A DNA stretch of 63,578 nt, filler included, from Octopus bimaculoides (lineage: Eukaryota), in assembly GCF_001194135.2 (NCBI RefSeq). It is 6 parts of 6 records of this genome, joined end to end, with 100 filler letters (N's around TTAATTAATTAA, not from the genome) between each part and the next. Parts side by side here need not be neighbours in the genome. Positions count along the whole stretch, not along the records: positions 1 to 23,396 come from NC_069000.1; positions 23,497 to 53,604 come from NC_068991.1; 4 more parts are not named here. One strand, written 5' to 3'. The position numbers and the translations under genes were made by a program. Under the pieces are notes generated by a model. It saw nothing but the letters and a program-made list of their open reading frames with translations. It had not been told where the DNA came from and searched no databases. Positions 12,911-25,518 of this stretch are shown here, in pieces (position 1 is the stretch's first letter; every line of letters begins with the position of its first letter).

Positions 12911-15015
12911 GATGTCATTATTGTTGCTGTTGTTCTGTTAGTTATTGTTATTTGGGACGGGTTTAGGGAGAAACGAAAGTAAGGGCAAAAGCGGGGTGGG
13001 GTATTATGACGATGCATTTATTATGTTCCATTTTTTCCCGATCGTTCCAGTTGTGTATGTTACCATATTTCACGAGAAAAATACTTTTTCGCTCAATTAA
13101 TTTTTAAAATAACGAAGAATTACGCAAAATATCATTGCCATCATTAAGAGGATTTCGAAAGATAAAACATCATGGAATATGATGTTAGATCATATTTTAA
13201 CCACTTTCTTCCCCCATTTCTATTGGAATACACTGCTTTTATTTCAATTAATTTTAAAAATAATAAAAGTTAAATTTAATAAAATAACTGGCGTATAGAA
13301 TATAAACTAACGTCGTCATCATTGCGTGAATATGATATGAACAAACTATTTGTTTCTTTATTAGCACCGTGATGAACGCCTGATAGGAAGTCCTTCAAAC
13401 GGATGTAGTTTAACACTGACTAAACAAATAGTGATTTCTCAAAACGATTACAGCAGCCTACAACGCTCAAAACAACACATCCAAGTTAAGTTCGATGTGC
13501 AAATTAATTTGGATATTCTTTGGCGGGAAGAAAATAGAAAATATTAGAAATTTATCCTTCAGAGAGATACATTACGAATGAACCACTATGTAGTTGCTTA
13601 ACAAGTTAAAAACTGCAGACAAATCTCCGAGCCAAAACATATAGGGCGATGTAATCCTAGATAAACTATAAATAAAAGCCGTGATTGTTACGTTTGGAAC
13701 GCCTTTCTATTATAGCTCTGCTCGATTAGCATCACTATATTTTTTAATCTTATTTTTGATCTTCTTTACTCCTTTGTTCTTATCTTTCTTTCTCGAAGAC
13801 ACACGAACTTTATATATAAAACTTCTGCTCAACAAAATGTCGTCTGTACTAAAGTGACATTTAATTCCGAAATCAAAGCGAGGCTAAGTTTTAGATAACA
13901 CTCTTTACATTTACTTCTCATTACACCGTCGGTGTCTCTTCGTACTAAACCGACTCAAATTTTGTCCGCTTCAGTAAATATAACTTAGTAATAACTCGTT
14001 TGAGTGGACAGATCAATATAGTCGGGTTTTAACAAACCGGATACTTCTAAACGTGATTGCATCGAACCTAATGTTTTCAGTGCGGTCATTGTATTGTTTG
14101 TGAGTTGGCTGGATTAAGACTTTGTCAATTAGTTACAATTATGGGGGGGGGGGTCTTTTTACAGACACGGAGAGACATAACGACACACTCACGTACATAT
14201 ATCTGTGTGTATGTGTATGTGTGTGTGTGTTTATGTGTGTAGAGGGAAAGAAAAAGAGAGACATAGAGAAAGAGAAAGAGAGAGAGAAATATAAAAAAAG
14301 AAAAGATGAGATGGAGGGGAGAAACGAAGAAAAGAGTATTTGTATTTTGTAATAATGTTTAGATGAACACATAGAAACAGATTCNNNNNNNNNNNNNNNN
14401 NNNNNNNNNNNNNNNNNNNNNNNNNNNNNNNNNNNNNNNNNNNNNNNNNNNNNNNNNNNNNNNNNNNNNNNNNNNNNNNNNNNNNNNNNNNNNNNNNNNN
14501 NNNNNNNNNNNNNNNNNNNNNNNNNNNNNNNNNNNNNNNNNNNNNNNNNNNNNNNNNNNNNNNNNNNNNNNNNNNNNNNNNNNNNNNNNNNNNNNNNNNN
14601 NNNNNNNNNNNNNNNNNNNNNNNNNNNNNNNNNNNNNNNNNNNNNNNNNNNNNNNNNNNNNNNNNNNNNNNNNNNNNNNNNNNNNNNNNNNNNNNNNNNN
14701 NNNNNNNNNNNNNNNNNNNNNNNNNNNNNNNNNNNNNNNNNNNNNNNNNNNNNNNNNNNNNNNNNNNNNNNNNNNNNNNNNNNNNNNNNNNNNNNNNNNN
14801 NNNNNNNNNNNNNNNNNNNNNNNNNNNNNNNNNNNNNNNNNNNNNNNNNNNNNNNNNNNNNNNNNNNNNNNNNNNNNNNNNNTATATATATATGGGGATG
14901 TATACATATATATGTATGTATATATGTATATATACGTATATACGTATTTATCTATATATATATGCATATATATATATATGCATATATATATATATGTGTG
15001 TGTGTGTGTGTATAC

Positions 15016-15048
<33 letters not shown>

Positions 15049-16817
15049 TTATCGAGCGTTAAACTAATACATCTGTTTGTTGTTTACAAACCCGTCTTCG
15101 TCTTTTGCTTTTTTGTTGTTGTTTTTTTGCAAATTCTCACTATGTAAGTATGTATGTATAAAAGAAGACACTGGTGTTTAAACTTTACGACACCTGCTTC
15201 GGTAGAATTTTATTGATCTGTTCATTGATTAGACCATAGCATGTAATTGAGCATCTAAGGATAATGGTAACGGTCATCATCAAGATGTTATCACACCGGT
15301 TTCTACCTGTTTATAATTTTACCTGAAGGTGGTGGATTATGTGTTACGGTGCAACCTATGAATACAGCAATAAAACTCTACAGAGCCGGCTGTTGTAAAT
15401 TATAAGCCACATTCTCGTACTTTTTTGTACCTACGCCACACCTTGGAGAAGCTTTGGGTTGGATGAACCGGTGGTGGTGTTTTTTACGTCCCCGTAACCT
15501 AACAATTCGTTAAAAATGCCCGATAAAATAACTAAAAGGTTTAAAAGGTTTAACAGAAACACAGGTTCTCGGGGCAATTCATTCGACTTACAATACTATA
15601 TATATATATATATATNNNNNNNNNNNNNNNNNNNNNNNNNNNNNNNNNNNNNNNNNNNNNNNNNNNNNNNNNNNNNNNNNNNNNNNNNNNNNNNNNNNNN
15701 NNNNNNNNNNNNNNNNNNNNNNNNNNNNNNNNNNNNNNNNNNNNNNNNNNNNNNNNNNNNNNNNNNNNNNNNNNNNNNNNNNNNNNNNNNNNNNNNNNNN
15801 NNNNNNNNNNNNNNNNNNNNNNNNNNNNNNNNNNNNNNNNNNNNNNNNNNNNNNNNNNNNNNNNNNNNNNNNNNNNNNNNNNNNNNNNNNNNNNNNNNNN
15901 NNNNNNNNNNNNNNNNNNNNNNNNNNNNNNNNNNNNNNNNNNNNNNNNNNNNNNNNNNNNNNNNNNNNNNNNNNNNNNNNNNNNNNNNNNNNNNNNNNNN
16001 NNNNNNNNNNNNNNNNNNNNNNNNNNNNNNNNNNNNNNNNNNNNNNNNNNNNNNNNNNNNNNNNNNNNNNNNNNNNNNNNNNNNNNNNNNNNNNNNNNNN
16101 NNNNNNNNNNNNNNNNNNNNNNNNNNNNNNNNNNNNNNNNNNNNNNNNNNNNNNNNNNNNNNNNNNNNNNNNNNNNNNNNNNNNNNNNNNNNNNNNNNNN
16201 NNNNNNNNNNNNNNNNNNNNNNNNNNNNNNNNNNNNNNNNNNNNNNNNNNNNNNNNNNNNNNNNNNNNNNNNNNNNNNNNNNNNNNNNNNNNNNNNNNNN
16301 NNNNNNNNNNNTATATATATATATATATATATATATTTGCATATGTATATAGATGTATACAAATAGATAAATACATATAAGTACATTCAGATACACATAT
16401 ATATAATGTGCTTGTGTGTGTGTGTTTATACGTAAACATATATACATACTTACATACACACACGCACACAAACATACATACATACTTACATACATACTTA
16501 CATACACACATACTAGTATAAAATAAACGTTTGTTGACATTAATCTGTCTGGCTGTCTAAGGAAGGGGAAAAGCAAAAAAGCAAGGTTAAAGTCACAAAG
16601 ACCAACGGTTGAAGAAGTACAGCAGCAACAACAAAGAAATAATAAATAAATAAACAAAAGCAAACGATGCGAAAATATTGGAAATTATGTAACAAAATTC
16701 AAAATCTGTGAAACGTCTTAACACACACACAGAGTCTTATATTAATACACATTGCACAATGTAGATACCCATGTGTGTGTGTATACTATAAAAGTCTAGT
16801 GGTATGAGAAATAAACA

Positions 16818-17070
16818 TGGGGTCATCCCATAAATGATGCGGGTTTTTTTCAATTACATGAAGTTAAAGTCGGAGTGGGGCGGGATAAACTACCTGTATC
16901 AACTTGCTATAAAATCAGGTAGTAATTTGACCTGTACGTATTCTTTGTGCAAGTTTTGAACAGTGTAGTTCGATTTTCAAAGCTATAATGGAAGTGACAA
17001 AGGAGCAAAATTTGGCATATTTTGTTTTATGTGTCCAATGAAGGCAACAACGCAACGGAATGTCTCGCAG
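16818..17070 (+). mobile_element. Mariner transposon 5' fragment (left end plus transposase start)
   Basis: TIR-like ggggtcatcccataaatgatgcgg. From ATG 16988, with one frameshift: MEVTKEQIWHILFYVSNEGNNATE, resembling the mariner N-terminus ME..KE..RH..LYEF..G.NA.E. Confidence 0.65.
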
Positions 17071-17510
17071 ACCTAGAAACGGTCATTTTACTGATTCTTC
17101 CATCTTGAGTCAACTACGCCATCGTTTTGGTAGTTACGACTCAATCGATCTTTTAAGTCTTGCTAAGAAGCAAGGTGTACCTTTTCGGTCACTGCGCAAA
17201 CTATGAGACTTTCTCCGAATTTCCTGATTATTCTTCAAATTGGCTGTGACTCTAAAAAGAACAGATTTGGCACAATTTGTGGCTCTAACAATCTCTCCAG
17301 CACTTTTGCCGGTGAAAAATATCCGACAATTACACTTCTGCGGTTTAATTCTCTATATACATTCATAATTTGATTATTCAGAAATAAAAAACAAAATTGT
17401 ACAAATGGTTATTCAAGCTGGTAATATTTTTAAGTTTAGACTCCCGCAAAATCTGCACGATTAGAAATATAACCATTTGAAACTTGTCGCAAATTACCTG
17501 TTACACCCTG
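17066..17510 (-). mobile_element. Tc1/maT-like transposon 5' fragment
   Basis: End TA|CAGGGTGTAACAGGTAATTTGCGACAAG. Decayed ORF MNVYRELNRRSVIVG...GKSAGEIVRATNCAKSVLFRV...RKSHSLRSDRKGTPCFLA...ISKMTVSRS has the paired-type HTH N-terminus of Tc1/maT transposases. Confidence 0.7.
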
Positions 17511-17555
17511 TACATACATACATACATACATACATACATACATACATACATACAT

Positions 17556-17614
<59 letters not shown>

Positions 17615-18502
17615 CACACGCACACACACATGCATATATATAAATATATATANNNNNNNNNNNNNNNNNNNNNNNNNNNNNNNNNNNNNNNNNNNNNNNN
17701 NNNNNNNNNNNNNNNNNNNNNNNNNNNNNNNNNNNNNNNNNNNNNNNNNNNNNNNNNNNNNNNNNNNNNNNNNNNNNNNNNNNNNNNNNNNNNNNNNNNN
17801 NNNNNNNNNNNNNNNNNNNNNNNNNNNNNNNNNNNNNNNNNNNNNNNNNNNNNNNNNNNNNNNNNNNNNNNNNNNNNNNNNNNNNNNNNNNNNNNNNNNN
17901 NNNNNNNNNNNNNNNNNNNNNNNNNNNNNNNNNNNNNNNNNNNNNNNNNNNNNNNNNNNNNNNNNNNNNNNNNNNNNNNNNNNNNNNNNNNNNNNNNNNN
18001 NNNNNNNNNNNNNNNNNNNNNNNNNNNNNNNNNNNNNNNNNNNNNNNNNNNNNNNNNNNNNNNNNNNNNNNNNNNNNNNNNNNNNNNNNNNNNNNNNNNN
18101 NNNNNNNNNNNNNNNNNNNNNNNNNNNNNNNNNNNNNNNNNNNNNNNNNNNNNNNNNNNNNNNNNNNNNNNNNNNNNNNNNNNNNNNNNNNNNNNNNNNN
18201 NNNNNNNNNNNNNNNNNNNNNNNNNNNNNNNNNNNNNNNNNNNNNNNNNNNNNNNNNNNNNNNNNNNNNNNNNNNNNNNNNNNNNNNNNNNNNNNNNNNN
18301 NNNNNNNNNNNNNNNNNNNNNNNNNNNNNNNNNNNNNNNNNNNNNNNNNNNNNNNNNNNNNNNNNNNNNNNNNNNNNNNNNNNNNNNNNNNNNNNNNNNN
18401 NNNNNNNNNNNNNNNNNNNNNNNNNNNNNNNNNNNNNNNNNNNNNNNNNNNNNNNNNNNNNNNNNNNNNNNNNNNNNNNNNNNNNNNNNNNNNNNNNNNN
18501 NN

Positions 18503-18566
<64 letters not shown>

Positions 18567-19882
18567 TATAGAAAGAGAGAGAGAGAGAGAGAGAGAGGGA
18601 GTGATAGATAGATATAAATATATAGATATATATAGAGAGAGAGAGAGATATACACCACACACATATATATTCATACATATGCATATTTAGAGACACACAG
18701 ACACACACTTATGTCTATGTATTTACCTATCTATCCATCTATCTATCTACCTGTTTATCTATCTATCTATCTATCTATATACAATACATTATTATTTGCA
18801 CCTGAGAGAATATGTTTTATTATTCTCTCCGAGGACGGATTGGCACAGTAAAATACATTAGCAATGCTTTAAAACACCATGGACACTAAATGTAGTATAC
18901 ATAAGTGACTGCAAATAGAATAATGATGATAATAATATATTCAGAAATAGCTTTGTTAAATCTATTCAATAAAATAACGAGGAAGAGTATTCCAGAAACG
19001 TTAGAAGCATCAACAATGACAGCAAGATGAATACGAAACGAAGTTGTTGAAGTTTAAAAGATAAGAAAATACTTACATGTGTCAGTCGGTGAGAGTGTAC
19101 GTATGTACGTGAGTGCGTGTGCGCATCTGTGTGTGTCCGTGTGTGTGCGTCCTTGTGTGTGTGTGTGTGTGATCCGTATACGAACTCGCCGTCTGCAGTT
19201 GCTTATAGCCTTATATATATACATATATATNNNNNNNNNNNNNNNNNNNNNNNNNNNNNNNNNNNNNNNNNNNNNNNNNNNNNNNNNNNNNNNNNNNNNN
19301 NNNNNNNNNNNNNNNNNNNNNNNNNNNNNNNNNNNNNNNNNNNNNNNNNNNNNNNNNNNNNNNNNNNNNNNNNNNNNNNNNNNNNNNNNNNNNNNNNNNN
19401 NNNNNNNNNNNNNNNNNNNNNNNNNNNNNNNNNNNNNNNNNNNNNNNNNNNNNNNNNNNNNNNNNNNNNNNNNNNNNNNNNNNNNNNNNNNNNNNNNNNN
19501 NNNNNNNNNNNNNNNNNNNNNNNNNNNNNNNNNNNNNNNNNNNNNNNNNNNNNNNNNNNNNNNNNNNNNNNNNNNNNNNNNNNNNNNNNNNNNNNNNNNN
19601 NNNNNNNNNNNNNNNNNNNNNNNNNNNNNNNNNNNNNNNNNNNNNNNNNNNNNNNNNNNNNNNNNNNNNNNNNNNNNNNNNNNNNNNNNNNNNNNNNNNN
19701 NNNNNNNNNNNNNNNNNNNNNNNNNNNNNNNNNNNNNNNNNNNNNNNNNNNNNNNNNNNNNNNNNNNNNNNNNNNNNNNNNNNNNNNNNNNNNNNNNNNN
19801 NNNNNNNNNNNNNNNNNNNNNNNNNNNNNNNNNNNNNNNNNNNNNNNNNNNNNNNNNNNNNNNNNNNNNNNNNNNNNNNNNN

Positions 19883-19919
<37 letters not shown>

Positions 19920-20254
19920 TATCTGTGTGTATGTGTGTGTGTGTGTTTATATAGACAAGCATGCATATATATATAAATGTATATATATAAAAGAAGAAAA
20001 AGAAAATGGAGATTGGCAGTTAATAATTGTTTATTATTAACACCAAATTAATCATCATCCCATTTTTTTTTCTTTTATATGGATATAGATTATATGTTTT
20101 TCTATATATAGCTATTATTTGAAAGAAATTAATTCCACCAAAATATTAGGTACTGAACCAGTATTTCTTTGGATAAAACTAACCCTTCATGAGGTTAACA
20201 CAACCGCTAATCGAATATATATATATATATGTATGTATGTATACTACATATGTG

Positions 20255-20720
20255 GAAAATCGTTGTGTGTTTGTTTGTGGCGTTGTTATCTAACTCCTCC
20301 GAAATCTTTTTATTGATTTTGATGAAACTTGACATGTGAGTAGAACACATGTCTGGAAACCTCATGACATACTTAGAATGTTGAAAAAATCGATAATACG
20401 GCCCCTGGAAGGGACCTTTATATCTACCTCATATAACTAATTTTTTAAAGACTCAAGGGAAATAACCCATTTCATTGTTTATGTTCGATCACTTTGAATA
20501 TTGATTTTTGTGTGTCCAATTTCTAATTTTTGCAGACAATATCACTTTTTTACTTTATTTATCACATGAGTAGAACTCATGTCTGGAAACCTTGTGGCAT
20601 ACTTAGATTGTTGAAACAACTTGATAATAGGGCCCATCAAATGGATTCTCCTATCTACTACATATTACTAATATTTTATTCAAACAACCCAAGGGAAATA
20701 ACCCATACCACCTGCAATTT
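20255..20720. repeat. Rolling-circle-like non-autonomous remnant with an internal diverged duplication of about 230 bp
   Basis: gagtagaacacatgtctggaaacc...caagggaaataacccat at 20338-20470 recurs at 20568-20706. It is preceded by taactcctccgaaatc...gattttgatgaaacttg, a motif I associate with Helitron/Helentron non-autonomous elements. Confidence 0.5.
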
Positions 20721-23396
20721 TTAGCCAAGCGATTAATATTTGGTTCTCACGATCAGCCGACCAAATTCTTCATTTCACTACTCACAGTTTTGAACTGCTA
20801 AACATTATTATTGCATTTTCTTAATTTGAATCTCTTCGTTCATACATTTCTATACATACATACTTTTTTGAATGCCCATTACTCGGATAACTCTGCAGTT
20901 TTACAATTACATTTTCTCCATTACAGTAGATAATTTTTTTCCATAACTGATTTGTAGTAGCTTCATGCAGGCATAGCGTGGATTCGATCCTCTATTGCTA
21001 AATTTCACTCAACACTTCAACAGCGCTTTTCTCACGATAAAACAATATTTTTTCTGTGAACGACAATCTCTCTTACCAGCCTCCGAAAACCTCTCTCGAC
21101 ACGTAGCAATGAGATAAGCATATACACACATATATTTGCCTAAACACACACACACACACACACAGAGGAAGATTCGTACCGATCGACTGATATACATTAA
21201 AATATAGGATATATGAGTATGTGTATATATATATATATATATCTATGTACATATGTACGTATCTATATGTATACAGTCTTACATAATCATTTATCTTCGC
21301 ATAAATGGACACACTTACTTGTGAGTGTGTGTGTGCATGCTTTGATGTTAATTAGTGTCATATTAATTACAAACTCTGTGTGAAGTCCCACCTTTTATTT
21401 AATTATTCATTGAATGGCCGTTTCTGTCTCTCTTTTATATCGTATCACGTGTTAATGACTACGACTTATTTCTGGTTTAATTCTGACCGCCTGGTATAAA
21501 GACATACATACATACCTACATATATATATGTAGGTATGTATGTATGAGAGAAAGAGAGAAAGAGAGAGAGAGAGACATACATATGAGAACACGTAATTGC
21601 TAGTAGGGATACCTTATTTTCTTTTGCAACTATATTTTTCTACCAAATTTAGGAGAAGTTTATAATCAAAATAATATGTCCTGCTTTTTGTGTTAGCGGT
21701 GCGATTCAATCACTTTTCAGTTATCTCTACAGAATTTTTATAGAATTTAGGGCTACCGCTGAAATTTGCGACGTTTTGTTTATGAATACATCTATGTAAA
21801 CAATGAGATCATCAATACAAAAAATTGGTGTATATACGCATTTCAGGAGTTATTGCTTCTTCGTCAGCGCTACATCCAACCTATTAACTATCCACGAACT
21901 TAACGCTTTAATAACCAGTAAATGTAGCGTTGAAACACAACTGATTAGATCAATTTACATACTGAACACATTCCTGACAACCGGGACATACATATTACTT
22001 GCTGGCAGGACACCATAACGTATTTTTCTGCAATGCATGGATAATTTATCCTGTTCGCACTATTTTATTAACATTATCAGGCGTTTGAGAATAAAAAAAT
22101 TATTTCTGTATCTTTCAATACATCTCAACGCTTCTAAAACAAACTTTGTTTACTTTCATCGAAAGTTGAACTTATTAGCATTATCACGCGTTTGAGAATA
22201 AAAGATTTATTTCACGTTGTTCCAACCCATTCCGCTGGCAAAACTGAATAATACTTTTTTATTTCAAGGGGCCATTCTAATTACATTTTGTGTCATCCTG
22301 AATCTCCCTAAAAAACTCTATTAAGGGTGCACGTGTCTGTGGAGTGCTCAGCCACTTGACTGGTACTTCATTTTATCGATCCCTGAAGGATAAAACACAA
22401 AACTGACCACGACAGAATTAGAGCTCACAATGCAAAGAAAAGTCATTGAAATAATTTTTTTTATGTAGTAACAAGGCCAAACATTGACTGCAGACAAATC
22501 AATCATAAATCATATCGACCACAGTAATAAATCGATACTTTATTTTACCGATCTCAGGAAGATAAAACGCAAAGTTGACCACAGTGGTAATTGAACTAGG
22601 ATCGTAAAGAATCACATGAAATAAAATTCTTCCGTTGCAACAAGACCAAAAATTGATTGCAGAGCACTCGATCATACAGGTCACATCAATAAATCGAGAT
22701 ATTATCGACCATTCAATGATAAAACACAAAGTCCACCTCCGCCCGATTTGAACGCAGAACACAAAAATTGAAACTAAACATCACACGACCAACTATATCA
22801 GCGCCACACTCCACCGCGATCACTGCTATTTCAGCCGACTTATCTATTTACTAACAAATTTTTTTTTTTCAAAAATGTCGGTGTCTGTTTTTATGATGTT
22901 TTGTAAACGTTATTTCGATATTGTTATTGTTGTTTGTAGTAGTGGTGGTGGTGGTGGTGGTGGTGGTGATGTTAGGTGGTGGTTTTGTGGAGCTGGGAGC
23001 GGGGCTGGTTCTTCATGTGTATGTCTATGTTGAACATCGGTGTACGTGTGTGTGTGTGTGTGTGTGTGTGTTTGCATTTCTTTGTGTTGTGCTATGTATG
23101 TGTGCGTGTATATATGTACATATGTGTGTATACATATACATATATGTATATACGTATATTTTCATATACAAACAAATATGTATATGTATATAAACATATT
23201 TATTTATATTCCTATACACACACACACACATATGTGCATATACATATATATCTTTGAGTATATGTATATATGTATGTATTACATTTATGTATATAAATAT
23301 ATGTATTTATATACATACATACATACATACATACACACATATACATATATAAATATGTATACTCATATACCTATATATATATATATATATATATAT

Positions 23397-23496
23397 NNNN
23401 NNNNNNNNNNNNNNNNNNNNNNNNNNNNNNNNNNNNNNNNTTAATTAATTAANNNNNNNNNNNNNNNNNNNNNNNNNNNNNNNNNNNNNNNNNNNN
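23397..23496. other. Artificial scaffold-join spacer (44 N + TTAATTAATTAA + 44 N)
   Basis: Exactly 100 bp; the 12-mer puts stops in all six frames; the identical structure occurs five times. Confidence 0.95.
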
Positions 23497-24373
23497 GGTG
23501 GTGGTGGTGGTGGTGGTGGTATTATTGTGGTGATGGTAGTGGAAAGGGTGGTGGTGGCAAGGATGATGATGCTAATGTTAGTGGAGACGGTGGTGGTGTT
23601 GGGGTGATGTTGGTGAGAATGGGGGTGGGTCGCGGTTAGGGATATGTTATTCATATTCCTTTAGATAAAGTTATAGCATTTTTCCCTCAATAAGTCTCAA
23701 CCATTCCTTCGATAAGAGTCCATTACTAACAAATGGGAATATTACAGTTAATGGTGTATTTCTACTGCTTTCTTTGTCACACAAAACACACACGCCGGAC
23801 CGCTAATATACCTACGTGCGTCTGTGTGTGTCTGTATGTGTGTGTGTGTGTGTATGTGTGTGTGTGGATGGGTGGGTGGGTGTATGTGTGCGTGTGCGTG
23901 TGCGTCTGTGTGTGTTTGGATGTGTACAGGCGAATGTATGCATATATAAAAGCAAATGCACACATCCATATATATATGTATAAGTACATATGTGTGTGTG
24001 TGTCTGCGTTTCTGTGTGTGTGTGTGTTTGTGTGTCTGCGTGCGTATGAGTATGAATATATTTTTATGTTGGTGTACATGTATGTATATACATATATANN
24101 NNNNNNNNNNNNNNNNNNNNNNNNNNNNNNNNNNNNNNNNNNNNNNNNNNNNNNNNNNNNNNNNNNNNNNNNNNNNNNNNNNNNNNNNNNNNNNNNNNNN
24201 NNNNNNNNNNNNNNNNNNNNNNNNNNNNNNNNNNNNNNNNNNNNNNNNNNNNNNNNNNNNNNNNNNNNNNNNNNNNNNNNNNNNNNNNNNNNNNNNNNNN
24301 NNNNNNNNNNNNNNNNNNNNNNNNNTATATATATATATATATATACAAACACACACGCACGCGCACACACACA

Positions 24374-24413
<40 letters not shown>

Positions 24414-24968
24414 AGCAAAAGTTTGGAGGAATCGGTTCAAACGAACAGTTAAATTATGATTTAAGGAAGAAAGAAGCTTTATCCATTCCGTTAACCAGTT
24501 TTGCTTACCAAAACTGGCCCAGTTCGCACTGAGTATTCATCGCCGCTTTATTGCAATACGTCCGCCTCTGATCGGGAAAAGAGCGGCCTATCTCACTCGT
24601 TTCGAGTTTGTGAATAGATCGAGACCGACAACGTCCCCGCACTTTACCGGGTGGAATTACGTGTCATTCTCCCGCTGACACCAGTTATCCTGAGGGGAAA
24701 TTCGGAGAGAGGGAGTTTGTGCTTTTTCTCTTCAATAAAATGGTTTTCTCTCGATAATAATAACACCCTCTCTATTTATACATTTAAATGTCAGACTGTA
24801 CCATACTTTTCTCGAATACCTCAATACCTTTACAGGAACTTTTCTTCTGGCAACTACTAATCACCAAATTATGACTTCTTGACTGAACATGTAAATGAAA
24901 TTAAACCCAATTTGTTGGTTGGCTAGAGAACTGCTTTTCCACATTTAATGAAGAGACGAACCTTTTTG

Positions 24969-25252
24969 CAGGAGACACTTCAAGATCTTTACCCCTCTCT
25001 TTCCATTGGAAGATGGCCAATTTCCAAGCTGCTCCTTGCTGATATTAACCTGTCGTGAAGCAGAACTACAGGAGTTAAAAAACAGACTGTAAAACGTATC
25101 TGGAGGATACAGGATGGAGATCAACCGAGATCAGAGCAAGTTCCTGGTTAATAGTAACAACCAAAATACAGTAACCAACAATTTGTTGAATGGAAAAAGA
25201 CTTGATGAAATGGACACCTTCAAGCACCGTAGGAATCACTTTGACCAATGAT
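24969..25252 (+). mobile_element. RTE-clade LINE reverse transcriptase relic
   Basis: QETLQDLYPSLSIGRWPISKLLLADINL / EAELQELKNRL*NVSGGYRMEINRDQSKFLVNSNNQNTVTNNLLNGKRLDEMDTFKH / GITLTND parallels RTE RT (SIGGR.I.NLRFADDIDL...GMEIS..KSK...LEEV..FKYLG). It carries stops and frameshifts. Confidence 0.8.
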
Positions 25253-25518
25253 CCTAAATGTTGTAAGCATTTGCAATTAGAACCGATATATCAAACAGCG
25301 AGTCTCTATATAATTATTGTTTGTTGGTTGGTTCGTGTTTATCTTCCTTTCATTGGATATTGCCGTTATTGATGATGTGAATACACGATGTTTTCAACAC
25401 TGGTTGTCTCGTTTCAACTATGTGTTCTATTACTGGCAGTAGGTATATGTCATAATTTCCTAGCTGAAATAGTTTTTGCTAAAGCCTCTGTGGCAAATAA
25501 AACAAATTGTTGCTGCTG

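Noticed and set aside
13060-13290. Two similar AT-rich blocks (tcaattaatttt..aaataa), possibly MITE left ends starting TTAACC
   Set aside because: No matching right end or target duplication was found; too degenerate to call.
24430-24720. Relatively GC/CpG-rich unique island
   Set aside because: No RNA-gene, coding or repeat signature could be identified.
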